DNA from: an uncultured Clostridium sp.
Lineage (GTDB): Bacteria > Bacillota > Clostridia > TANB77 > CAG-508
NCBI GenBank assembly: GCA_902496295.1
Contig: CABVAF010000002.1
Location: 67,503-131,502 of the forward strand
Direction: 5' to 3'
Length of the DNA: 64,000 nt
The number at the start of each line of letters is the position of its first letter. Positions within the stretch are counted from its first letter, which is position 1. The notes beneath the pieces are model-generated. The model did not search any database and had not been told where the DNA came from. It saw nothing but the letters and a program-made list of their open reading frames with translations. The translations under genes and the position numbers were made by a program. This document shows positions 56,104-64,000 of the stretch, in pieces.

Positions 56104-57573
56104 ATGGAACAAAATAATAACACAAATGGAAATCAAAACAAAAATGAAAATTTAAATATGAACTCTGGTTCAAATTTTAGCACATCTCAAGGACAAAATC
56201 CTATTGGATCAAGTCAGAATTTTAATATAAATTCTAATCCAAATCCAAATTTTAACCAAGGTGCTAATCAAAATTTCAATCAGAATTCTAACCCAAACTT
56301 TAGCCAAAATCACTTTAATAATTTCACAACTAATTCACAAAATGTGAATAATAACAGACCAAATTATAATGCATCTGCATATCAATCTGTTAAACAACCA
56401 AAAGTAAAGAATAAAAACGCTGCAGGGTTTGGTAAATCTATATTACTACCATTCGTTTCTGGCGTTTTAGGAACTGTAATTGTAATTGGTGCTTGTGTTG
56501 GAATTCCTGGTATAAGAGATGGAATTTCTAAGAAAATTGTAGGTACATCTAGTAGCACTTCAAGTACTTCTACAACTACACCTATTCTAAATACACAACA
56601 AATTTCTTTAGAAAACTACTCTGGTACAGCAGTAGCTGCTGCAAATAAAGTTCTACCTTCTATAGTCGGAATAAAAATAGAATTTGCTGTTAATTCTGTA
56701 TTTAATCGTGGAACAAGTGTTGCTTCTGCTGAAGGTTCTGGAATTATTATTAGTGAAGATGGATATATTTTAACAAATAACCATGTAGTAAATTCTTCTT
56801 CAACTTCTTCATTCTATGAAGTAGAAGAAGCAAGCAAGGTTACTGTAAAATTATATAATGACGATACAGAATACGAAGCTAAAATTATTGGAACAGATGA
56901 GCAAACAGATTTAGCTGTTATAAAAATAGATAAAACTGGTTTAACAGCTGCTGAGCTTGGAGATTCTGATGGCGTACAAGTTGGAGAATTTGCAATGGCA
57001 ATTGGAAATCCTTTAGGCTTAAGTAGTAGTGTTACATCAGGTATAATAAGTGCTGTAAACAGAGAAGTTACAGATGAAGATGGAAACACTTATGTAGCAC
57101 TTCAAACAGATGCTTCCATAAATTCTGGTAACAGCGGTGGTGCATTAGTTAATAGCCAAGGTCAAGTAATAGGTGTTAATACTTTAAAATTGTCTGGAAC
57201 AGGTGTTGAAGGCGTTGGATTTGCAATTCCTATTAATTCAACTAAAGACATAACAGACCAATTAATTAAATATAATAAAGTAAAAAGACCTTATATAGGA
57301 ATTGGTGGAATTGAATTAGATGAGCAAACAGCAAAAGCTAACAACTTAGTTGTAGGTATATATGTAAAACAACTTGAAGATTTCTCTGCTGCTGAAAAAG
57401 GTGGAGTCAAAGTTGGAGATGTTATTACAGAAGTAGATGGACAAAAAGTTACAACAATGGATGAAGTAAACGAAATTAAAAACAAGAAAAATATTGGAGA
57501 TACAATTACTTTAAAAGTATATCGTAATGGAAAATATACAGATTTAACTATAACACTTCAAGAACAACCTTAG
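56104..57573 (+). CDS. htrA: HtrA/DegP-family serine protease with Asn/Gln-rich N-terminal region and PDZ domain
   Basis: His-Asp-Ser context TNNHVV, DLAVIK and GNSGGAL. TM anchor. C-terminal PDZ. Confidence 0.85.
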   Translation: MEQNNNTNGNQNKNENLNMNSGSNFSTSQGQNPIGSSQNFNINSNPNPNFNQGANQNFNQNSNPNFSQNHFNNFTTNSQNVNNNRPNYNASAYQSVKQPKVKNKNAAGFGKSILLPFVSGVLGTVIVIGACVGIPGIRDGISKKIVGTSSSTSSTSTTTPILNTQQISLENYSGTAVAAANKVLPSIVGIKIEFAVNSVFNRGTSVASAEGSGIIISEDGYILTNNHVVNSSSTSSFYEVEEASKVTVKLYNDDTEYEAKIIGTDEQTDLAVIKIDKTGLTAAELGDSDGVQVGEFAMAIGNPLGLSSSVTSGIISAVNREVTDEDGNTYVALQTDASINSGNSGGALVNSQGQVIGVNTLKLSGTGVEGVGFAIPINSTKDITDQLIKYNKVKRPYIGIGGIELDEQTAKANNLVVGIYVKQLEDFSAAEKGGVKVGDVITEVDGQKVTTMDEVNEIKNKKNIGDTITLKVYRNGKYTDLTITLQEQP

Positions 57574-57576
57574 TTT

Positions 57577-57613
57577 AAAAAACAACCTATTATATATAAT
57601 AGGTTGTTTTTTT
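57577..57613 (+). terminator. htrA terminator
   Basis: AAAAAACAACCTATTAT/ATAATAGGTTGTTTTTTT palindrome 4 nt after the stop. Confidence 0.8.
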
Positions 57614-57716
57614 AAATTATTTTAACATTATTAAATATTCTTAATAAAATCTTTCACTTTTCTTTTCATACAAATCACATTTAGTTCACAAAATGGACAA
57701 ACTTGTTAGCTATAAT

Positions 57717-57822
57717 ATAACCATAGTTGATAAATAAGTTACTCCGTTATCAACTAAAAAAGAAGAACATCCCCTTTTATTTTCGAAAGACCTTCTCGTA
57801 CGCTTGAGAAGGTCTTTTTTTC
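57717..57822 (+). ncRNA. Candidate small RNA (two hairpins, C-rich linker, own terminator)
   Basis: TATAAT at 57711-16. Hairpin AGTTGATAA/TTATCAACT. Single-stranded CAUCCCCUUUU. Terminator AGACCTTCTC/GAGAAGGTCT plus T7. No ORF with an SD. Confidence 0.25.
57788..57822 (+). terminator. Plus-strand oriented intrinsic terminator in the htrA-M23 spacer
   Basis: 10-bp GC-rich stem with an 8-nt loop, followed by T7 on the plus strand only. Confidence 0.7.
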
Positions 57823-57846
57823 TTACTTAAATTTTTTTATTTAGTT

Positions 57847-58776
57847 CTATTTATATAAATAATTTTGAGGGTTTACACATTGACCATTTATTTGAATTTC
57901 AAAGTGTAAGTGGTTACCTGTAGAGTTACCTGTTGAACCCACTGCTGCAATTACATCTCCTGCTTCTACTTGTTCACCAGCTTTAACATATAACTTACTA
58001 CAGTGTCCGTAATAAATAACAACACCATTACCACTATCTATCTTAACTAAGTTACCATAGCTTCCTTGGTATCCAGACCATATAACTTTGCCGGAAGCAG
58101 CTGCCTTAATTGGAGTTCCTGCTGATGCTGCTATATCTAAACCTCTGTGGGCATAACTTCTTATAGATTCTCTGTTACCAAATCTTGATGTTATTACACC
58201 TGATACTGGTTTAACTGCTAAATATATACCATTTACAGTTTGTTCTTTTTTCCTTTGCTCTTCCTCTTCTTTTTCAATCTGCTCTTCTATGGCGTCTGTA
58301 ATTTCATTTCTAGCTGTTTTTACGCTTACAGCTTGATATTCCTCGTTGTTTATTGAATATACTTTTTGTATTCCAACTTTTCTTTCTTCACCATATTTTT
58401 CTTCCATTTCGTCTACTAATTTTTCAGCATCTTCTAATTTTTCTAAAACTGTTTCTTGCTCGTTATCCAATGTAACAGCATATCTTACATAAGTTCTTGT
58501 CGCATCATTATCTAATTTTGCTATAATTTCGTCCTCATTTGTCTCTTCTGACTTACTTAAAAAAGTTAATTTATATTGAGGTTCTTCTGCAAGTTCCACA
58601 GATTCTAAAGTTCCATCTTCTGTTTTTAATACTTCATTTTGTATTTTTTCTTCAAATGCTTTTCTATTCTTTATATATCCTATTTCTTCTCCAGAAATAG
58701 AAACCTCGACTGCTATATTAAATTTAAATAAAATAATTGTAATAATTATAAACAAAGCTATTCCTACTATGCTCAT
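57847..58776 (-). CDS. Membrane-anchored M23 (LytM-type) metallopeptidase
   Basis: N-terminal TM. HRGLDIA and GNHLHFEI zinc-ligand motifs. Confidence 0.8.
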   Translation of the reverse strand: MSIVGIALFIIITIILFKFNIAVEVSISGEEIGYIKNRKAFEEKIQNEVLKTEDGTLESVELAEEPQYKLTFLSKSEETNEDEIIAKLDNDATRTYVRYAVTLDNEQETVLEKLEDAEKLVDEMEEKYGEERKVGIQKVYSINNEEYQAVSVKTARNEITDAIEEQIEKEEEEQRKKEQTVNGIYLAVKPVSGVITSRFGNRESIRSYAHRGLDIAASAGTPIKAAASGKVIWSGYQGSYGNLVKIDSGNGVVIYYGHCSKLYVKAGEQVEAGDVIAAVGSTGNSTGNHLHFEIQINGQCVNPQNYLYK

Positions 58777-59133
58777 AAGTTTTAAACCTTCTTTTGTGTA
58801 GTATTTTATTTGCTTGTTTAAAATACAAATTCACACTCCTTTTTATGAACGCGACAATAACTATTATACCATATATTCTAAACAATTTCAAATATACTAT
58901 ACTCTTGATTTTACATTTTGAGCAAATATTAGCTTTTTTGCCATTTCTCGATTTTAATTTATCATATGAATTGCTCCGCTTTTCTCTATTTTTCTCCGTT
59001 TTTCTTGGTTTTTCATTGCTTGACTTATAGAAAAAATAGACATTTTTTCTATAAAATGCCTATTTTTCAATATTTATATTTTCATAACTATATAATTCAT
59101 AACTTTGTTTATTGTTATATATTGTTAATATAT

Positions 59134-62100
59134 TTATTGTAACTTCATAGAAAGTAATTTACTTATTCCGTTTTCTTCCATTGTAATTCCATAAACACTA
59201 TCTGCGGCTTCCATAGTACCTTTTCTATGTGTTATTACCAAAAATTGAGTAGTTTTACTAAATTTTTTCAAATATTCAGCATACCTATATACATTTACAT
59301 CATCTAAAGCAGCCTCTATTTCGTCTAAAATACAGAATGGTGCTGGATTTATTTTAAGTATTGCAAATAAAAGTGCAATTGCTGTAAATGCTCTTTCTCC
59401 ACCAGATAGAAGTAGCATGTTTTGAAGTTTCTTTCCTGTTGGTTGTACTTGTATGTCTATTCCACATTCTAGTATATTGTTTTCATCTTCTAGTATAAGC
59501 TCTGCTTTTCCTCCTCCAAATAGCTCTATAAATACCTCATTGAAGTTTTTGTTTATAATTTCAAATTTTTCTTTAAATTGTTTCTTCATAGTATCAGTCA
59601 TGTCTGAAATTACTTTTCTTAACTTAGCCATTGTGTCTTCTAAATCTAGTCTTTGCTCATTCATAAATTCATATCTATCTTTTAGTTTCTTATATTCTTC
59701 TATAGAATCTATGTTTATGCTTCCTAAATCTTTTATACTATTTCTAATTTCGTTTACTTGCTTTTGCGTTTGGGCTACATTTTCTGGAATTTTATAGTCT
59801 TTAGCTGTATTTGGTGTTATTTCGTATTCATTCCAAAGCTCATCAGTATAACTTTGTATTTCTTCTTCTACTTTAGTTTTCTTTATATCTATTTTTACAA
59901 GTTGTTCTTTTAATCCATCTATTACACTAAATTGATTTTCTATATCTTTTTCAACTTTATTTAATTTATCATTTTGATCTACTCTTTCATTCTTTAGTTT
60001 TTCTATGTCTCTAGAGCTATTTGCTATCTCTCTTTTTATTTCTTCTATTTGCTTTTCTAAATCTTCTATTTGCTTATTTAAAGCTTCCGTTTCTTTTATT
60101 GTACTTTCAATAGTATCTTGTTTATTATTTATACTTGCCCTGCTGTTTTCTATGTCATTTTCAATTCTTTCAACAAGTTCGTCTATTGAATTTTTACTCT
60201 CATCAAAAGAGGATACAGAAATTTTTAAGTTTGTAATATCAAAATTTAAATCGTCTATATATTTTTGGTTATCTTTATTAAGCTCTGCAAATTCTTTTAT
60301 TACAACATTTAGTTCTTCTATTTCCTTGCTTAAAGACTCTATTTCTTGTTCTTTTTCTTCTTTTAAAGCTATACTGTTTTTCTTTTGATTTTCTATAGAA
60401 ACTTTTTCATCTTTTAATTTATTTAATCTTTCTTCTAACTTTGTTATTTCGCCTTCTATAGACAGCATTTTTTGTTTCTCAGTTGCATATACAACCTCTG
60501 TATCTTGCAATTCTTTTTCTAATTTTGCAGTTTCTTCTATAACATCTGCAATTGAGGCAGAATATTTTTCTTTTTCTTCTGCTTTTGATTTTATTTGTTT
60601 TTGTAAATTTTCTATTTGCTTTGCAAGTTCTTCTATTTCTCTACTTCTTCCTAATATATTTACAGTTTTTTGTGCTATAGAACCACCTGTAATTGCACCA
60701 GAAGAATTTATTATATCCCCTTTTACAGTAACTACTCTAAATGTGTAATTGTTTAATTTAGAAAGTGCAATACCTGTGTCCATATTATCTACAATAACAG
60801 TTCTTCCTAACAAGCTATATACTATTTGCTCATATTTTTTATCATATTTAACCAAATCTGATGCAATTCCTATAACTCCGCTTACTCCATTTGTTACAAC
60901 TTTATCTATTTTCTTACCTTTAACAGATGTTATAGGTAAAAAAGAAGCTCTTCCTAAATTATTTTCACGTAGATGTTTAACCAATTTTTTTGCATCATCT
61001 TCTGTCTGTGTAACAATATTTTGCAAAGCTTGTCCTAATGCCATTTCTATTGCTACTTCGTAATCTTTTGGCACATTTATTAAATTAGCTAAAATTCCAT
61101 GCATTCCTTTTTTAAGTTCTGCATTTTTTTCACAGTCTAATAAAAGAGACCTTACACTTTTTATATATCCTTCTTTTTCTTTCTCAGTTTCAATTAAGAA
61201 TTTATGTCTAGAATCTTTCATTCTTACTTCATATGATAATCTATTAATTTCGTCGTCAAAATCTTTTACTTTTTGCATAGCAGTTTCTTTTTGATTAATC
61301 ATATTTTGTAAATTATCGTTTGAGCTATTTCTCTTATTTTCCAACTCATAAAATCCTTGTGATAACTGTTGTTTTTCATCTCTTTTAAAGTCAAGCTCTG
61401 ATATAGTATCTTGAATTTCTAAATTAACTGTTTTTTCTCTTTTTTCTAAGTTTTCATAGTTTTGTTTTTCTACATTAATATCTGATGTAAGCTCATATCT
61501 TTTGTCTGTATTAGCTTCAACAATTTGTTTTTTTCCCTCAATTTCTTTTTCCTTCTCTGTTAACTTTCCACTTAATTCAGCAAGTTCTTTCTCTTTTTCT
61601 TCTAATTCTTTTACATATCTTTCTTTGTTTGTATTTAAGTTTTCCTTTTTATCTAGTTTTTGCTTTTTCTCCTCTTCTAATTCAGCAATCTTAGCTTTAG
61701 CAGTTTCTATTTCTTTTTCTAATCTCTCGTTATTTATTTTATTATTTTGTATTCTTTCTTTTGAAATTCCTATTTCTGAATTAATTTTCTCTATTTTATT
61801 GCTACTTTCAAAACCTATATTTTGCTTTTCTTCAATAGTTTGTATAATCTCGTCTATTCTTTGTTTTATAGCTGCCTTTTCACTTTGGAAACTTTCCATT
61901 TTTAAGTTTTCGCTACTGTTTTGCTCATTTAAAATCTCTACATCTTTAATTATTTGTTCTAATTTCTCTTTATCCACATTAATATTGTGTATAAATAAAC
62001 CTACTTCTATAGATTTTAGTTCTTCTCTTAAGTCTAAATATTTTCTAGCTTTTTCGGCTTGTTCTCTTAAAGGATCTATACTACTTTCAATTTCAGAAAG

Positions 62101-62682
62101 AATGTCATTTATTCTTAATAAATTTAATTTTGTTTGTTCTAATTTTTTCTCAGAATCTTGCTTTCTTACTCTATATTTTACAATTCCGGCAGCTTCCTCA
62201 AATATATGGCGCCTATCTTCAGATTTATTACTTAAAATTTCGTCTATTTTTCCTTGTCCAATTATACTGTATCCATCTTTACCAATTCCTGTGTCCATAA
62301 ATAATTCTACAATATCTTTTAATCTACAAGGAGTTTTGTTAATAAAATATCCGGTTTCACCGCTTCTATATATTTTTCTAGTTACGGTAACTTCTGTATA
62401 TTCAATAGGAAGTTTGCCATCTGAGTTATCTATCACAATTGAAACTTCTGCAAAACCTAATGATTTTCTAGCTTGTGTTCCAGCAAAAATTACATCCTCA
62501 GATTTTGCTCCTCTTAAAGACTTCATACTTTGCTCTCCAAGCACCCATCTTATAGCATCTGAAATGTTACTTTTTCCAGAACCATTTGGTCCTATAACCG
62601 TTGTTATTCCTGGTTTAAATTCTAATACTGTTCTATCTGCAAATGATTTAAAACCTTGTAATTCCATTCTTTTTAAATACAT
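59134..62682 (-). CDS. smc: Chromosome segregation protein SMC
   Basis: N-terminal GPNGSGKSN Walker A, long coiled coils, hinge, and C-terminal LSGGERA plus ILDEIEAALD. Confidence 0.95.
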   Translation of the reverse strand: MYLKRMELQGFKSFADRTVLEFKPGITTVIGPNGSGKSNISDAIRWVLGEQSMKSLRGAKSEDVIFAGTQARKSLGFAEVSIVIDNSDGKLPIEYTEVTVTRKIYRSGETGYFINKTPCRLKDIVELFMDTGIGKDGYSIIGQGKIDEILSNKSEDRRHIFEEAAGIVKYRVRKQDSEKKLEQTKLNLLRINDILSEIESSIDPLREQAEKARKYLDLREELKSIEVGLFIHNINVDKEKLEQIIKDVEILNEQNSSENLKMESFQSEKAAIKQRIDEIIQTIEEKQNIGFESSNKIEKINSEIGISKERIQNNKINNERLEKEIETAKAKIAELEEEKKQKLDKKENLNTNKERYVKELEEKEKELAELSGKLTEKEKEIEGKKQIVEANTDKRYELTSDINVEKQNYENLEKREKTVNLEIQDTISELDFKRDEKQQLSQGFYELENKRNSSNDNLQNMINQKETAMQKVKDFDDEINRLSYEVRMKDSRHKFLIETEKEKEGYIKSVRSLLLDCEKNAELKKGMHGILANLINVPKDYEVAIEMALGQALQNIVTQTEDDAKKLVKHLRENNLGRASFLPITSVKGKKIDKVVTNGVSGVIGIASDLVKYDKKYEQIVYSLLGRTVIVDNMDTGIALSKLNNYTFRVVTVKGDIINSSGAITGGSIAQKTVNILGRSREIEELAKQIENLQKQIKSKAEEKEKYSASIADVIEETAKLEKELQDTEVVYATEKQKMLSIEGEITKLEERLNKLKDEKVSIENQKKNSIALKEEKEQEIESLSKEIEELNVVIKEFAELNKDNQKYIDDLNFDITNLKISVSSFDESKNSIDELVERIENDIENSRASINNKQDTIESTIKETEALNKQIEDLEKQIEEIKREIANSSRDIEKLKNERVDQNDKLNKVEKDIENQFSVIDGLKEQLVKIDIKKTKVEEEIQSYTDELWNEYEITPNTAKDYKIPENVAQTQKQVNEIRNSIKDLGSINIDSIEEYKKLKDRYEFMNEQRLDLEDTMAKLRKVISDMTDTMKKQFKEKFEIINKNFNEVFIELFGGGKAELILEDENNILECGIDIQVQPTGKKLQNMLLLSGGERAFTAIALLFAILKINPAPFCILDEIEAALDDVNVYRYAEYLKKFSKTTQFLVITHRKGTMEAADSVYGITMEENGISKLLSMKLQ

Positions 62683-62801
62683 CTATTTCACCTATTCTTT
62701 CGATTGTTAACTTTTTATTTATAACTAAATTTACTAAATACCTTAAATTTATAATTTCTGTCACAAATATTTTATATTTAAGTTCATATAAAAGTATAAT
62801 T

Positions 62802-64000
62802 TTAGAATAATCTTTCTATTATGTCGTTACACTTATTTATAATTTCTTGTACATTTATATTTTTAATCTTCCTGTTTTCCATTAGTATGTTGCCTTTTAC
62901 TATTGTTGTGTCCACATTTTTTCCACTTGTGTTGTAAACTAAATTTGCTATTTTGTTTAAATTAGGCACCATTGTAATATTATCTAAATTTTCTTCTATA
63001 TTTACTAAAATTATATCTGCATCTTTGCCTTCTTCAATTGAACCTACTCTATCTTCCATTTGCAATGCTTTAGCTCCATTTATAGTTGCCATTTTTGTTA
63101 CATCTTTTGCATTTATTCTATCCTCATTTTCATGTATTCCACCTTGAATCAAACATGCCACTCTCATTGCCTCAAACATATCTAAGTTACTTCCAGAGCC
63201 TTGTCCGTCTGTACCTAAGCATACATTTATTCCATTTTGTAAGTATTTAGTTGTATCTGCTATTTTGCAACCTAACCTCATATTAGAAACAGGATTATGC
63301 ACAATTGCTATATCCATATTTTTTAATACTTCTAAATCGCTATCACTTATTTTAACACCATGTGCCAAAATTGTATGAATGTCTTTAAAATACTTTTGTA
63401 ATACATCTATTGCTTTTATTCCATGTTTATTTTTTATATCCTCAATTTCGTCTATGCTCTCTAAAAAGTGAATATGTACAGGTAAATTGTACTTTTTAGA
63501 AAGCTTACTACTTTTCTCTAAAGCTTTATCTGAACAAGTATACATACTATGTGGAGAAACTGTGTATGAAATTAAATTATTTTCTTTATTTCTAGTTTCA
63601 TATAATTTTTCAAATTCTTTTACTCTTTGATTAAGCCCTTCTTCTCCATCTGAGTCCATTAGAACTCTTGTAAGTACAGTTCTTACTTTTGCATCTTCTG
63701 CTGCTTTTCTAATTGCATTAGAAATAAAATAGTGGTCATTTACACAGGTTGTCCCTGTTGAAATCATTTCTATATATGAAAGCATACTTGCATAATAAAC
63801 ATCTTCTTCTGTTAACTTATCTTCTACAGGCCATATTTTATCTTTAAGCCAGTCATATAATTTACAACCTTCTGTTGTCTCTCTAAATATACTCATTGGT
63901 ATGTGTGCATGAACATTAATTAATCCTGGCATTACAATTTTATTTGTTGCATCTATAATGTGCATATTGTTTTCATTAATTTTGTACTCATTATATACAC
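62802..64000 (-). CDS. Amidohydrolase-family deaminase (MtaD / SAH-MTA deaminase-like), N-terminus outside the window
   Basis: MPGLINVHAHIPMS metal-binding HxH motif, and HFLES, VHNP and CLGTDG motifs. The frame stays open upstream of M63965 to the window edge. Confidence 0.7.
   Translation of the reverse strand, partial: VYNEYKINENNMHIIDATNKIVMPGLINVHAHIPMSIFRETTEGCKLYDWLKDKIWPVEDKLTEEDVYYASMLSYIEMISTGTTCVNDHYFISNAIRKAAEDAKVRTVLTRVLMDSDGEEGLNQRVKEFEKLYETRNKENNLISYTVSPHSMYTCSDKALEKSSKLSKKYNLPVHIHFLESIDEIEDIKNKHGIKAIDVLQKYFKDIHTILAHGVKISDSDLEVLKNMDIAIVHNPVSNMRLGCKIADTTKYLQNGINVCLGTDGQGSGSNLDMFEAMRVACLIQGGIHENEDRINAKDVTKMATINGAKALQMEDRVGSIEEGKDADIILVNIEENLDNITMVPNLNKIANLVYNTSGKNVDTTIVKGNILMENRKIKNINVQEIINKCNDIIERLF

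Noticed and set aside
59020-59060. Palindrome ATAGAAAAAAT-agac-ATTTTTTCTAT after smc, considered as a regulatory element
   Set aside because: It is most simply a weak AT-only terminator hairpin for smc and has nothing distinctive about it.
61502-62710. 402-aa plus-strand ORF, with similar ones at 59453-59797, 60005-60388 and 60749-61063, inside smc
   Set aside because: These are antisense shadow ORFs of a confidently identified SMC gene. Their translations are low-complexity Ser/Phe/Leu/Ile strings typical of the reverse frame of Lys/Glu-rich coiled coils, and there is no SD.

Overview
This window looks like the chromosome of a very AT-rich, Clostridia-like Firmicute. Anaerobe and sporulation markers are present (reverse rubrerythrin, SpoVB-like and DpaA-like genes), and nearly all genes lie on the minus strand. 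I found no rRNA, CRISPR array, integrase or transposase.

Content from left to right:
- ROK glucokinase.
- A complete type IV pilus (T4P) operon at 1.5-11.8 kb: pilMN-pilO-like-137 aa-3x pilA-pilD-2 minor pilins-pilB-pilT-pilC.
- dpaA-like gene, TPR protein and ppa.
- A small XRE plus 72-aa module in an AT-rich spacer.
- ylmH-like gene, a methyltransferase, pepT, tRNA-Leu(UAA), hup and a spoVB-like flippase.
- An orphan coupling-protein-like ATPase convergent with a replication-relaxation-like gene.
- rluB, rluD, lspA, a large polytopic membrane protein, and rpsB-tsf.
- A 2266-aa sortase-anchored papain-like protease with about 18 repeat modules.
- A Fur-family regulator, mini-rubredoxin and reverse rubrerythrin operon.
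- A leaderless pilin-like FGE-sulfatase fusion.
- A fatty-acid operon: fabH-fabD-fabG-fabF-accB-fabZ-accC-accD-accA-fabI.
- birA-like gene, pdp, a HAD hydrolase, rnhB, htrA, an M23 peptidase, smc and an amidohydrolase running off the right edge.

The strongest anomalies are two unlinked small orphan genes, at 17534-17848 (minus strand) and 46127-46459 (plus strand). Their G+C content and codon usage are clearly foreign to the host. Each has its own near-consensus promoter, Shine-Dalgarno (SD) sequence and terminator. One of them sits antisense in the middle of the fab/acc operon. I cannot assign either to a known family.

Other points worth follow-up:
- The triplicated pilins, which lack the canonical Glu5.
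- The orphan T4CP/Replic_Relax pair.
- The giant protease adhesin.
- A perfect Fur-type 7-1-7 box in front of a PerR-context regulator.
- Twin palindromes upstream of fabH.
- A candidate small RNA.
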